NCBI GenBank assembly: GCA_013239625.1
Contig: MU053559.1
Span: forward strand, 434,001-498,000
Reading direction: 5' to 3'
Length of the DNA stretch: 64,000 nt
Source of the DNA: Lama guanicoe
Lineage: Eukaryota
The notes beneath the pieces are model-generated. The model saw nothing but the letters and a program-made list of their open reading frames with translations, was not told where the DNA came from and ran no database searches. Position numbers and translations under genes: made by a program. Below, in pieces: positions 1 through 13,329 of this stretch. Each line of letters begins with the position of its first letter. The stretch's first letter is position 1.

Positions 1-1257
1 CTCTTTGTGTATGTGGGTTAAAAAGCGTGAGCTCAGTCTCTGAGCCAGATAGAGATCTGTTTCCCAGGGTTGGAATTCTCTCAATAACATGTTTCTGGGC
101 TGTGAGATCTCTCAGTTCTTTGGGGTCTGAGTTGTTTGTGGCACTACATTTTCAGGAGAGGGGCCTCTGGGATATTTAGTGCTGTTTTCCATGTTGTCTC
201 TGCAGCTCGTGGTGGGGGGAGATTCTGTCTAAGGTACATGATTTTGGAAAAGTTTAGGGATCTGCGTTCAGAGTGGGAAGTCTCTCGGGTGTCTGGGCGG
301 TCTGTGTCCAGGATTTCACATCTTAACTGTTTGTTTGGGGGTCTGTCTGAGGCTGTGAGGTCTTTGAGTAGTTTGGGGATGGATGATGAGAGTGTGAAGG
401 GCCCCAGGTTGTGTGGGTAGCAGCATCCCAGGCTGTGAGGTCTTTGAGATGTTGGTGCATCTCTAGCCCAGAAATCTGATGCAGTGCACGAGGCAGCATC
501 TGTGGTCTCGGAGCTCTTTGGGAGCCTGTGCCCCGTAGTTTCAGTGCAGCCTGAGTTGTGTGGGGTTTGGGTCCAGGTGTGAGGTTGCTGAGCTGTAGGG
601 AGATGTTATCCCAGGGTGTGAGGTCCCTGAGGTCTGGGGTCAGTATGCAGGGTATAAGGTCTCTGAGCTGCTTGCTGTCCTAGGTGCCCTGTGGCCTCTG
701 AGTTGTTTAGGATTCTGTCACCTGTGTGCGAGGTATCTGAAATATTCGGGTATCTGTGTTACACCATGTGCGGTCTCCGAGCAAAAACAAAGGGCACTGG
801 CTGAGGGATAATGACAAGTAAGTGTATCTGGAACATCGTATCTGTTCTCTGCTTTATACCCTGGCACACACACGCTTTTCTCTTTGCATGGAGCAGGTCA
901 GCTTTGGGTCCATAACTTCTAAGAGCAGCTAGAATTGTAGCATACTTCTGTATTTCCACTGTATTTCTCTGGTTATTTTTATTTATGGCCAGTTATAATG
1001 GTTTGTCCATTTAGACAGCAATGGATTTAGTTTGCTTTTTCAGTGCATTTTAAAATGTAAGTATACAGGAGGCTTATTTTAGGTCAAAATGTTAAGTGGA
1101 CAACGGTGGAAGTGGTACTGTGGGGGGTGTTAGTCAGATGGCTGAGGTTTGAGGAACACGTTCCTGGGCATCCCTCTCCCAGCCTCTCACCCCCCCAACC
1201 CCCACCTCCACGAGGCCTTCAATCCCCACACCATGGTTTGTTCCACCAATAACTTGT

Positions 1258-1263
1258 TTTATT
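1258..1263 (-). terminator. SUV39H1: SUV39H1 polyadenylation signal AATAAA (3' UTR about 1.45 kb)
   Basis: tttatt on + strand, followed on the mRNA strand by a GU-rich tract. Confidence 0.8.
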
Positions 1264-1721
1264 GAGGCCCATCCCGGACTGGGTAGAGCCGAGGGATATA
1301 CAAGAGGAGGATCAGATTCAGTCCATGCCTGAAGGTCAGTTGGGGGGTGGGGAGCACGGACACACAAATGGACACACAGATCTGGCATCTGGTGGCAGGG
1401 CACACAGTCTCACATAGGGACACTCTGCGCACAGGTAGTCAGGGAAGGCTTCCTATAGAAGACCTCACAGGGGAAGCAAGGGGCGAGGCAGCGATCAGAG
1501 CCTTCGCCTTTTGTACATTTGTGGGCAGGTAACTTTTGAGACCAGTGGACCCGAGGTGAGCGCAAAGGGCTGGGGGCAGGAGCTGGGAGGTGGCAGGGGC
1601 TTCCCCTCACCTCGGCCGTACCCTCGTGGGCAAGCCATCCCCACCCCCCATCCTTGGCCTGTGCTTTGCCTTCTGCCACATGGGCCCTTTCCTGGGATCC
1701 ACCTCCGTAGTTTTCAAGGCT

Positions 1722-1731
1722 TCCCTGAGAC
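1722..1731 (-). promoter_or_regulatory. miR-125 8mer site in SUV39H1 3' UTR (second 7mer-m8 site at 1891-1897)
   Basis: + strand tccctgagac equals the first 10 nt of miR-125, so the mRNA is complementary; SUV39H1 is a reported miR-125b target. Confidence 0.65.
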
Positions 1732-2688
1732 AATCCATGTGGACCAGGTACTCTGCCCAGTGCCTGGCACCTCGTCAGCACCCCATCAATGCGTATTTTG
1801 TCCTAAGTGCTATCTACAGCCTAGCTAGGTCTTGGTTCCAACTCTGGGTACTCCCAGCAGCCATCACACCCCAGGTCGGGGCTCCTGGCACCCTGAGCTC
1901 CCAAGAACCCTGGGCACCCTCTACACACTCCCCAAGGCAGAGCTCAGTCCCAGCCCACCTGAAGGCCTGGGGAAGTCTGGACCACCTCTCACTGGCCAGT
2001 GGGCCCAGGACATCCATTCCCCTTGCAGTGGCATGTGGGTGTCCACTTTGCAGCCCTGATAAAGCAACCCTGTGGCTCCTGGGCCAACACTAGCCAGCGT
2101 GTGAGTGTGAGCGTGAGCAGGAGCCAGCCCCGGCCCCCAGCCCTGGAGCCCCTCTTCCCTTCACCAGCACTGTGGCAGGGGAGGCGAGTGGGCTGGGAAC
2201 TCTGGCGCTGGTGTCAGCCTGCCCTGACGCTGCTTCCCTACACCCTTGGGGCGGCGGGGAGAGGGCCTGCAACAGGCCCCTCGAGCTCCAGGCAGAAGCA
2301 GGTGCAAAAAAAAAAAACACACACACAAAAAAACCAACAACAAAAAACCAACAAAAAAACTTATTTCTATTCTGGGTCTGGGCTGGGACTCAGCCCTTGG
2401 ACCTCCTCGCTAGGTCATGAATCCTTACTGCAGAAAGTCCCGGTGTTGAAAAATCACTTCCGAAGGTGGGTGGGGGTTTGTAAGTGCAACCCACGGATGG
2501 GGCTGGAACAGGGAAAGGGGACTCCTGGAGTCCGTCCTCCCTGCGGCCCCGTGCATGAGGCAGACGGAGGCAGGCGGAGGCAGGCAGGAGGCCCTGGCAG
2601 TCGTTCCTCGACAGGAGGGCAGCGGTGGGTAGGGGGAGGCGGGTGGCTTTAGGCCCCCATGGGCAGTCTGGCCTCAGACTTCAAAGGG

Positions 2689-2822
2689 CTAGAAGAGGTA
2701 TTTGCGGCAGGATTCAGTCCCACACTTGCATTCAATACGGACCCGTTTCTTGGGGGAGCCGGGGAGCCCAGCCAGGCCAAAGTTGGAGTCCATGCGGGTG
2801 CTCTCCATGTCCACGGGGTCCA
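2689..2822 (-). CDS. SUV39H1: SUV39H1 coding exon 6 (post-SET, ...[13 protein letters not shown])
   Basis: CAG acceptor, TAG stop at 2691-2689; exon total 1239 nt = 412 aa + stop. Confidence 0.97.
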
Positions 2823-3545
2823 CTGTGGAGTCACAGAGGGGGGACACTCGTTAGATAGAAGGTCTAAATGAAGTGTCCCGCTGCCCTTTTTACCATGAGC
2901 CCCAGGGATCTTAGGAACTGGGAGCAGGTCTGGGTCCTGGGTCAGGAAGAGGTCACGGGGTTGGTGGTTTAGGGCGAGGGCCAGGGCTTAGCACTAGAGG
3001 GGTGTTCAGGTGTTAGGAAGATGGCCAGGGATGGGGGGGTGGTTGAGGGAGACAGGGAGCCGTCAGGGGGAACCAAGAGGGTGTGTCAGGCAGGGGTCAG
3101 GAATGGAGGGTCACCTGGGCATCCGGAGGGACATCTGAACTCTCCTGCCAAAGATCCCCCCTTGAGTGTCTCAGAGGTGGCTAGTTTGTCAAGAAGGGGA
3201 CTGGTTGGAGGCCACAAGGGTGTCCAGAGGCTTGGACTGAGGAAGGCCAAAGGGAGTTAGGAGTGGGGAGGGTTGGGGTACTGGGGAAATTCAGACAAGA
3301 TTGGAGTCAGGAGTAGCGTGTTAACTCTTGAGCCAAACGTCCTCCCCCAGGAGCCTTGGGAGAAATTGGTATGAGTGTCTCAGGATTGGGGTCCAGGGGT
3401 TGGGGATGAAGAGGCCCCCTAAAGGATAAGCAGGGGTCCAGCTAGGAGACTAAGAGTGAGGAAGAACATCTTAAATTCCTTGGGGCGGGATCCTCATGTC
3501 CCACATCACTGTGTGTCCCTGCCCCCTGCCCCTTGCCACCCCCAC

Positions 3546-3675
3546 CTTGCATGTTGTAATCAAAGGTGAGTTCCTCGCCTGCCCGGATGGTTCTTGTGGC
3601 AAAGAAAGCGATGCGGGGAAGCCGCTCATCGAGGTTGTCTATGAAGACGTTGTACACCTGGAGGTTGGGGTCACA
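3546..3675 (-). CDS. SUV39H1: SUV39H1 coding exon 5 (CDPNLQVYN...ELTFDYNMQ)
   Basis: ORF 3442..3963; CAG/GTGGGG boundaries, 130 nt, ELxFDY motif. Confidence 0.98.
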
Positions 3676-3757
3676 CTGGGCAAAAAAGAACAGTGGGAGG
3701 GTGAGGAGGGGCCCCAGCCTCCTCCTCCCGACCCCCGCCCGCCTGTGGGGTACCCAC

Positions 3758-3904
3758 ACTGTGGTTGACAAAGTGGGAGATGTTGCCATAATAGGCAGCA
3801 TCCACGGTGTACACATCCTCCACATAGTCCAGGTCGAAGAGGTAGGTGGCGCCCTGGCGATCATAGATCTGGCCCCGCCGCTCTGCCTCCTCTGAGGTAA
3901 TGAT
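3758..3904 (-). CDS. SUV39H1: SUV39H1 coding exon 4 (SET domain, [11 protein letters not shown]...FVNHS)
   Basis: ORF 3671..3994; CAG/GTGGGT boundaries, 147 nt, NHS motif. Confidence 0.98.
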
Positions 3905-6489
3905 CTGAGGAGAAGACAACAGGGGAGGGGAGGTTGGCCAAGAAGGCTCAGGAAAGCCAGCACCGCCCCCCACCCGCACCCTGGCCCCCCCCACCCCGGC
4001 AGGAAGGAAGGCGTCGATGCACAGGGTTTATCTGCCCTTCTCAGGCTCCAGATGGCATGGGGAGTCTCTCAGTGTTAGGTGGAGGCTGACCACAAGGCCC
4101 GGTAGTGAAAGAGAAAGAGGGAGAGAGAGAGGCCCCCATGGTGAGAGACCCATAGCAGGACAGAGAGAGGGGACCCAGGGCAAGGGTGAGGAAGGAAAAG
4201 ACCCAGGGCTCAACAGAGAGGGGTGGGGAGGGTGGGGGTGAAAGAGAGAGGTTGACCCATCCAGGGCCAGAGAGCCTGGGGCACTCTGGAGCCGGTGTGG
4301 GGGGCGGTGCAGGCAGCAAGAAGCACAACCAAGGGACAGACCAACCAAGGGGAAGAAAGAGGCTGGGGAAAGGGAGATGATGAATGGGAGAGACTCAGAT
4401 GGGAGAGCTAGAGGCAGAGTTAGAAACAATGACAGAATCTTAATACAAAAAGACCCAGGTCCAGAAAGACCAAGACCTCTGAGAGTCTGGAATTGAGAAG
4501 AGGCTGAGGGCAAGAACTCAGAGAGACAGAAGAGGAAAGAAAGGAGACAAGAGCACGGATGGGAGGGAACCCCTTGCTCGGCCCTGGCACCACGCAGTGC
4601 CATCAAGTGGTACTGAGGACAGCAGTAGGTATCCCCTCCCCGGCAGGGTCCTTTTCTGTCCTAGTAAACAGACCAGTATCCTAGCCCAGCCTGTCCTGCC
4701 TCCCAAATGCTGGCAACAGATTCTCTGCTCCCCCACCCCACTCATTCTCTCCTCTCCATCCCTCACGTCCCCTCTTCCCCCTGGGTCCTGGACCACAACT
4801 TCTGGCAATCCCCCAGGGTAGGCGACCAGTGACCAGGCTGTCTCTGGGTAAGGGTCCCACAGAGGCCAAGGCTGCCCCCTCCTCAGCCTGGGTGCCCCTG
4901 GACTGGCGCAGGCCTCCTTCCACACTCCTGGGTCCCGGCCCACCCCTCAGCGACAACACAGGCACAGTACACAGCAGTGCGTGCCCTTTATTTGTGTTCT
5001 GCTTTCTAACTCGGAGGCCGTCCTGTCCCACAGTGGTCCTGTGGGCAACCCAAGCCTGCTCTTCCCACCTTCTTCCTTCCCTCTCCTCTTGTCAGAGACC
5101 CACCGCCTACCACCCCTGCCTGCAGACACCTGATCCAAGCCAGAGACCCACCACTGCCTCCTTCCTTGCTCCTCACAAGGGCCAGTGACCTTGCTCCTCT
5201 TCTTCCGGTCTTGAACAGCCTCCATTTTCACCAGCCAGCATGGCGGCCCTAGTGCCTTATTGTCTCCTCCCTGCCTCTTACCAGCACCTCCAGCCTCTGC
5301 CCTGTGCTAGATGCTGACCAGCAGTGCCCTCAGAAGACCAAGGCTTATTTATCCCTTGGGCCGCACCGCTCACTGCCCTGTACTCCAGCTCCGTTCCTTG
5401 AGGAACTTGGCTCCCCCTTACCCTCGATTTCTGCTCATTCACTCATTCATCCAGTGGATTTGTATGAGATCTACTCTGTGCCTGGTCCCAGTACTCACGG
5501 GTGAGGGTCTGCTGGGAGAAATACAGGGACCAGGCTTGGTCCTGGCCCTCAGGGTTTAGTTTGGTGGGAGAGTCACAGGGACCAGGTTCAGGCTGGCCCC
5601 CGTAGGTCACAGTCTGGTGACAGAGAGATGGACTCAGACACCCACAGTGCAAGATGCTGATCAGGAAACGCAGTGCTTTTTGTCGGAGGGGCAATAGCAG
5701 AGATATACCATCTGAAGAAAACTGCAGGTCATAAAAGGGCTTTGACTGGGTTGAAAAGTGGGGACTCTATCCTGAGGGACAAAATGGGAGCCACAGAAGC
5801 ATTCTGAGGAGTATGTCAAGATCTCTCTCCTTCACCTCCCAGAGAACACACGCTCTTCTTTGTGATGTCAGCTCCACCAGATGTCACTTCTCTGTGCAGC
5901 TTTCCTGAAGCTCCCAATCCCCACTCAGAGCAGGAGCTGCCGCCTCTGTGAAGCCTTGGGATCAAAGGGCAGCCTCTCCTGGGCTCCTGAGCATACTGGG
6001 TGGAGTCTGGACCAGCTTTTTCCCCTAGGCCCCTCCCCAATGAGAGGGACCGTCCCACCTCCTCCCCAGGCTCCATCTTCCTGCCTGCTCTGCCCCTACC
6101 TGCTCCCCAAGTCTCCCCAGGAGTGAGTCATACTGCAAAGCCTCCAGGGCACAAACGGTTCCTTCTCTCTGTCTTCTTTTCAGTCCCACTCTGTAAGGGT
6201 TGGTCCACCCTGAAAACTCGAGAACGAATCAGTCCATGTCCCTGCTCCCTAGCAGTTCTCCAGAATGACTGGGCAAGGCAGATGGGCTAGAAGGTGGCAG
6301 CCAGCAAAGGGTTCTGACGTGGTGAACAGGAACCAGGAGACTCAGAGTCCAGTTGCTGTTCTGCCCCTACCCAGATATGGGATCTGGAATGTTCTGTCCC
6401 TGCTTCCCGAGCCAAAGAAAACCACCCCGCCAAACCCCAAAACACAACACTTCGCCAGGTGTGGCAGCACACCGGTTTTAGATCCTTGC

Positions 6490-7360
6490 ACCTTTTTTAC
6501 CCACTTAACTAGCGTGGTGACTCTGAGCACTTTATTCTACCTCTCTGGGCCTCAGTCTTCCCATCTGCAGAATGGGGACGACAAGGACAATAATCCCAAC
6601 CCGACAGGGGTTGTTGTAAAGATCCAACAAGATCTGGGAAATGAAAGGGGTTTCTGTTTCTGTTTTCCTGTTAGGAGTGGTTATGAGGACTGCAGCCCAT
6701 TGAAATCTAACATGTTCTCTGATTTTGGGTGCCCTTTCCCAACAAAGGAAAAACTGCTGCTAATTAAATGATGATATGCCATCATTTAATGAAAGCAATT
6801 AAGTGAGACTCATCTTCATCTCAGAGTTGTTAAAATCTGAAGAAAGTACATGCTTTAGAATGGATAAAATAGGCTGTTCTCTGCTGGCTGAGGATGGGGA
6901 TGTTCCGACAGCACGTGGAAGGGCAGCTCACATGGAGGGACTGTCAGGGCCGGGGTGGAGAGGCAGGAGAGCGAATGCGGTGTCCAGACTGTAGGAGGAC
7001 GGCGTGGGGAACAGGCAGGGAGGGGTGCCTACCCTCTATTACATCATGCCCAATAGGACAGCACCACGTAATCAAGTAAATTAATATATCTGCAAGGAGA
7101 TTTATGACTATGCACACCAAGTGGAGCTAAACAGGCTATAAAGTAGGCCATTCAATGGCTTCTTCCAAATGCTTCACACCTCATAACTCATCTCGTTCTT
7201 ATAACAAGTGTATGGGGTGGGGGGGGCGCGATGTTATCGTTCCCATTTTACAGATGAGGAAACTGAGCCACAGAGGTGGCTCAGTGACTGCTGATGAGTG
7301 GTGGAGTTGGGATTCAGCCTCAGGCATTCAGACTCAGGGTCCACCCCTGACCCCTTTGCC
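6490..7360. mobile_element. MIR fragments in SUV39H1 intron 3 (~6500-6650 and ~7170-7360)
   Basis: ctctgggcctcagtcttcccatctgcagaatgggg; cccattttacagatgaggaaactgag. Confidence 0.7.
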
Positions 7361-9498
7361 ATGCTGCCTCTTCAGAGGGGGATGCAGGAAGATGGGTTTG
7401 GCTCTGGTAGTGTTTAGGGGCCTGTGGTGCCATCAGGAGGCCCCACAGGTCTAAGGATGTCAGAGGAGGGCCTGGAAATCACCGAATGTGGCAGGAGGGA
7501 GGCCAAGAAATAGCTTGAAGAGAATGTGTGGAGAGTGGACAAGTGAGGACAGGGAGTGAGAGGGTCCCTGGAAACCCCCATGATCACAGCATGGAAGAGT
7601 AAGGACACTAAGGAAGAGCAATGGGGAAAGTATCAGGACCAGGGGACTTTGGGGTGCCAGTGGGCTGCAGACTCTTCCTCCCCCGTCGCCTGTCAGGATT
7701 CTCTAAGTGTTGACCCCAAGATCATCAGTGCACTGAAGCTAGATGGCCTCTGGGACTGTCGGTTCCTGTGGATGTGGACACCTCCTCCTCAACACTGGCA
7801 GCATCCCTCTGGGGTGTGACAACTCTGCCACACTGTTACCATCCCTCTGATGACATCGTCAGAGTGTCAGGGCAATGAGGACGTGGACACCTCCTCCAGG
7901 CCACCAGAGTCCTCTTGGGTACAGACCCAAGCTCCTCCAGACTGTCACTATCCCTCTGGGGTGAGGACACTTCATTTTCCTGACTGTCAGGGCAGTGTAG
8001 GTATGGACACCTCCTAAGTCGGACTGCCAGGTCCTCGGGAGAGCTTGTTCTCTTCCACTGGGTGGCTCTGGGACATGGTCACCTCTTCCTTTCAGTTGTC
8101 AGGAACCCCCTTCTTTAGACCATCAGGAACCCTCTGGGCTGTGGCTGCTTACTCCTTCCTCTACACTGTCAGGTCCTTCGACACATGGACATTTCCTCCA
8201 CCTGACCACTGGGATTATCTGGGGAGGGACGTCTCTTGTCCAGACTGTCAGGGTCCTCTGTAGTGTGGACTGCTCTCTAGACTGCCTCCGTCCCCCAACC
8301 CCAGGCTATGACTGCGTCTCTATAGTTCATCAGAGCAGGAGCTCTTCCTCCTCCTCAACAGTGTCATCACTACAGTGTGGACATCCTCAGGTGTGTGTCC
8401 CTTAGGCCAATACTGTCACTTTCCAACCATATCATACCCCAAAGAGACCCATGGAAATATGGAGGTATTTGAGGTTGTCATCATAACAGGACACACTCAT
8501 GGATTTAAATGGTCAAGGTCCAGGGATGCTAAATGTTCCCCAGTGCATGAGATGGTCCTACGTAACAAAGACCTGCCCCACCCCAAATGCCCACCACCTC
8601 CCACCTTAGAACGTGAGGCTTGCTGTTGCAGACACTTGCCAGCTATCCACCCAAACCCCTTTTTGTTTTCCACTTGGGCGTATGGCTAATCACACTTCGC
8701 AGCTGCCTCTGCCCTGAGGTAGGGCCAGTGACTCCGAGCCAACCAGTGGGTGTGGGCCGGAGTGATGTGTACTGCATCCAGGCCTGCTAGAAACCTCCTC
8801 TGCTGCCCTCCCCTCAGCCCACTCAGCAGGCAACAGTGAGAATGAGAGGCGGTTCCCAGGCTCTAAGGCACGGCAAATGCACAGAGGGAGAGAACCTAGG
8901 TGGCCAGGCCCTCGTGTGGAAGGATACCACCCCAATGCCCATGCTGACCCGTTAGGGGAACAAATGGACTTATAATGTGTGGAGCCACTAAAGATCTGGG
9001 GGTTGTCTGGTATGGAGGCTAGCCTGCCTAGTTGGCGGCCTTTCCGAGTCTAGAGGAGGAGGTAGTCAACCTCCCCAAGGCACGTCTATGTCCTCCTCCA
9101 GACTGGGTTCATTTTGTGCAGATTAGTAAAAGGTGCTCCTTCCGGGCAGACACTGCTTGGTGATAAGCTGGACCCTTGTGAAATGAGGAGAGGAAGTGCC
9201 TTTTTAGGTGACATAATCTTGTGCAGACCACATGGCCTGTTAAAAGGAACGCCGCCTGGATTTCGGTTCCCACTTTGCTCTCTGCTAGGCACCCTGACGA
9301 AGTCAGCTCCGCCTGGAGGTCTTCAACGTGCTCTTACCACTTTAGAATACTTGCCCCTGCCAGGATGTCCCTGTCACATTCAGGTTACTGCCCCCGCTCC
9401 CCACGGGGAAAGCAGGGCAGCTGTAGGCGCATGGCGGGAACGGGACCGCGAGGTGGGAAGAGCTGCACACACACGCCCGACCAGCCCCGTCTCCCTAC

Positions 9499-10161
9499 CT
9501 CTCCCACGTACTCCATGACGAAGCTGTTCTTTCGGATCTTCTCCAGCGTGCGGACACCCCAGCCGCGTCCATCATCCGTGCGGAAGATGCAGAGGTCATA
9601 GCGGATGCCCTTCTGGACCACGCGGTTGGGGCAGTCATAGCCGCAGCGGCAGCGGGAGTTGCACTCGTAGATGGGCAGCCCGGCTCGCAGCCGCACCTGG
9701 CCCTGGTCGTTGTAGGCAAACTTGTGCAGTGACGCCCCAGGGCAGCAGCCCCCCGCAGGTGCCCACAGACAGTCCTGGCACTCACAGCCCACGGCCACCT
9801 GGTTGAGGGTGATGCCCTCCCCAACACGGTACTCGTTGATGTACACGAAGGCCCGTGGGGGGCCATCCAGGTCCACCTCGTTCTCCACGGTGATGCGTCC
9901 CAGGTGGCTGCGCTTGGCGTTGAGCTCCTGCTCCCAGCGCCGGAGCGCCCGCCTCTGCTTGGCCTTCTGCACCAGGTAGTTGGCCAAGCTTGGGTCCAGG
10001 TGCCTGGGTGGCTTTGACCGGTGGTGCCGCCGGAGCAGCTCCCTTTCCAAGTCCTTGTGGAACTGCTTGAGAATGCGCACGCACTTGAGATTCTGCCGTG
10101 GCTCCCAGGTGCTCTCCGAGTCTGGGTATCCACGCCATTTTACCAGGTAATACTCCTGTTC
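9499..10161 (-). CDS. SUV39H1: SUV39H1 coding exon 3 (chromodomain, pre-SET, start of SET)
   Basis: ORF 9385..10191 [21 protein letters not shown]...[11 protein letters not shown] acceptor, GTAGGG donor, 663 nt. Confidence 0.98.
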
Positions 10162-10399
10162 CTGTGGGGAGGGGGCGGGGGGAGGGAGCACCTGAGTGAC
10201 CAGACCCTCGGGCCAGCCCTCACTGGGCCTGTGGATAACACCCCAACCGCTCCCTTCCCTTTTCTGGAATCACTCTGTGCAGTGGTTAAGAAGCATGGGT
10301 TCAAAAGTGAGGACCACTAGGTTCAAATTCCTCTCTCCCTCCTACTATCTGTCTAAATCCCAACTTTTAATCACCCAAACTCTACCCACTCTGTTCAGC

Positions 10400-11140
10400 T
10401 GTTTGGCCCCAGCTCTTGGAGTCACCCTTGACTCCTTTTCCTCACACTCCCCACATCTGCCCTCAGCAAATCCTGTCAGCCCTGCCTTCAAACTACTTCC
10501 AGAGTCCTGCACCTGGAACCACTATCACTGCCCTCACTGTCATCGTTCGCCTGGGCTGCAGCAATAGCCTCCCCACCAGGCCCCCTGCTTCCACCCTCAC
10601 CCCTACAGTCTGCTCTCCACAAAGCAGCCAGAAGGATCTTTTCTTGCTGAAAAGGCGGCTACAGGACAGTTTAACTACACAGATTTCACAGTTCGACAGC
10701 TTGGGTACAAATCCTGACTCTGCCGCTCCCTAGCTGTGTGGACTTAGGCAGTGATTTAACTTTCCTGGGCCTCAGTTTCCTCATCAGTAAATAAGGGGAA
10801 AAAAAGCTGACATTTTCCTAGCATTCACTATGTAGCAGGTACTGTTCTAAGTGACTTACGTGTCTTATTAACTAACTTAACTCTCACAACTCTATATGAG
10901 GTAGATGCTACTAATTATCCCCATTTTATAGCTGAGGAAAATGAAGGACAGAGGATTTGGGTAAGTATCCCAGGGTTACGCAGCCAGGATGCTGGCTCCA
11001 GTCTGTTCTCTTAACTATCCTGCTGTTACCTTCTCTGGCTACAGTAACAGTTCCGATTTCAGAATGTTGCTGGAGAAATTAGATGAGTTTCTGAGAGGAA
11101 GTGTCTGGCACACTGAAAGTGCTCAATAACCATTAGCTAT
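10400..11140. mobile_element. L2 and MIR fragments in SUV39H1 intron 2
   Basis: ctccacaaagcagccagaaggatc (L2); aatcctgactctgccgc...cctcagtttcctcatc and cccattttatagctgaggaaa (MIR core). Confidence 0.7.
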
Positions 11141-11429
11141 CGTCATCTCTACTCCTGGGCTCAGTATCTCAGTCTCTGCAATTGGTTTGTATTCCTAGGG
11201 AGGTGGGAAGGGAGACTTATTTGGGGATTCATGCTGGCCCCTGCCCCTCTCAGAAAGCCACTTAGTTTTCCCACCTGTAAAATGGAGATAAGAGGGTCTC
11301 CTAATCCTTTTTTTTTTTTAAGATCAGAGGAGAAAATTCCTTTTGGAAACAGCTATGGGCAGTGGAGGGGGGAGGCGGCAGGACTTCCTTGAGTTACCCC
11401 TGCCCCTGCCATGGTCACCCCAGACTCAC

Positions 11430-11575
11430 TCGGATCTTTTTGTAGTCACACAGGTACTCGACTTCAAAGTCATAGAGGTTCCTCTTGGAGATGCCAAGGG
11501 CAGGGCAGGAGAGCTTGGCTAGGCGGCACAGGTCCTGTAGCTGATTCCAAGAAGACTTGCAACACACACTGCAGC
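11430..11575 (-). CDS. SUV39H1: SUV39H1 coding exon 2 ([49 protein letters not shown]), start of chromodomain
   Basis: Translated by hand; TAG acceptor, GTGAGT donor, 146 nt, in frame with exon 1. Confidence 0.97.
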
Positions 11576-12039
11576 CTAGAACAGAGGGGGCCAGAAAGAA
11601 CTATTATTGGGCATCCTGCGAGGCTAGGGGTCAAAGAGGACCCCAAGTCCTCCCAGGGGCTTCCAAAGGACTGCCTCAGAGTCAGTGAAATTCAATCCAC
11701 AGGGGTTCTGAACGCTGGGACTTCTACAACAAAAATGTGCCACTCCCTTCTACCCCGGTGCTCACGGTCCAAGGCTACCTCTGGAGCAGCAGACTTCAAA
11801 GTGTAAACTACTGTATGGATTGTCCTAAAGGAATCTATTCCCAGAGTTCCCAGCTCCCTCTACACCATTCCTAAAACTGCCTGCAAACCTGCCTGGAGTT
11901 CAGGACCTAATCGTCCTTTTCCCCACTTTGCAAAAGAAAGAGACCCCCCCCCATCTCAGTAGGGTGCATTGCCCCAAAGCCGGTGGGTAGGGATGGGATT
12001 AAAACCTCCAGGGCACCAAACAAAGGCGTAACTGGAAAG

Positions 12040-12376
12040 ACTGGTCTACCATCCCTTATCTCAAAGTCCTGGGGCCAGATGTGTTTTGGAATCCAAGTTT
12101 CTTTTTTGGATTTTACAAGTGGAGTTCTAGGTATATCCCATACATTCCCTAATGCAATCCCAGTGTAGTCAGGGCTTCCAAGCCATAATCAAACACATTA
12201 ATAGTTCTGCAGCAAAAAGCCTGCATTTTCACATTAAATAGGAGAAATAAAGTTGCAAGATAGCAACACTGAACAGTCCCACCTTATAGTCTAGTTTTTC
12301 CACTGCATGGTACCAAATTTAAGTTTTCAGGGCCTTTTGGATTTCGGAATTATGAATAAGAGATAGTGGGGTGGTA
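12040..12376. mobile_element. Non-autonomous DNA transposon (MER46C-like) in SUV39H1 intron 1
   Basis: atcccttatc...ggggccagatgtgttttggaat start and ggatttcggaattatgaataag end, with degenerate inverted termini. Confidence 0.65.
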
Positions 12377-13329
12377 TTAAATTATAGGAAGCTCCCCTGA
12401 ATGATTAGTCTGGGTGCCTTAAACCCACAAGGTAAAATTTTCACGCTGCATTTTGACTTTCTGTCTCATCCACCATTTCTGTGAAGGGTAAAGCTCGCCC
12501 AAGTACGCTCTGAATTCAGGAACAGACAGAACAATACAGGTTAGTGACAGCAGTTATTTTAAATATACCTGGGATGTTTTGGGGGCTACCAAAATTTTTC
12601 AAGACACACAAATTTTTTATTTTAAAAAGGCTTCTTTTGATTCAAGGCATATTAATTACTGTGCTTTAAGAAGCCATCTTATTAAATCATTTCACAAAAC
12701 CCTCATTCCAAATGTAGTCAGGCAGTCCTCATCCTATCTCATCATTTTAAAATGTCTCATCATTTTCTGTCTCCCATTACAAAAAAAAAAGCATTTAAAC
12801 TCACGATGAATGAAAAACTCCAGATGTCAACCTACAAATGTACAAGAGCTTTGCAAAATTATTACGTGTGCATTTCCCTTCTCCTCCTCCACTTAGGCAG
12901 GCCTAGTGGAGACTCGGCCTGTGCCCACGCCTTCCTTTCCCTATCATGCCTCTTCTTTTCAGACCCTTACCTTGCATCTGAAACCCCACTAAAGTGGTCC
13001 CAACTCACATCAAGCTGCTGGCTCCGCACTGACCACAGGTGGACTCTCCTACCCTCAGAGGTCCCCGTCACACCTGTGGAACCCATCCTCCCCGCAGCTT
13101 TCCTCACCACAGGAGCCCACCTTCCCCAACATACTGAGAGAGTCACCCCTCTTTCCCTGCGCACGAGGGAGTCCTCTCTTATTAGGGAAGCCCCCTTCCC
13201 CTCTTCTTGGGGGAGAGCTCCCTGCTGCAAACCCTTCCCCCATCACGCCGAGAGGAGATACCCTTCCCCTCCAGAGTCTCCTGTCCCCCAACTCTGAAAA
13301 GGTGGTCCGTCCCCTTCCCTTCCCTCCCC

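Noticed and set aside
1590..2652. 167-aa and 217-aa + strand ORFs
   Set aside because: Antisense to the SUV39H1 3' UTR, include low-complexity runs, no domain or splice support
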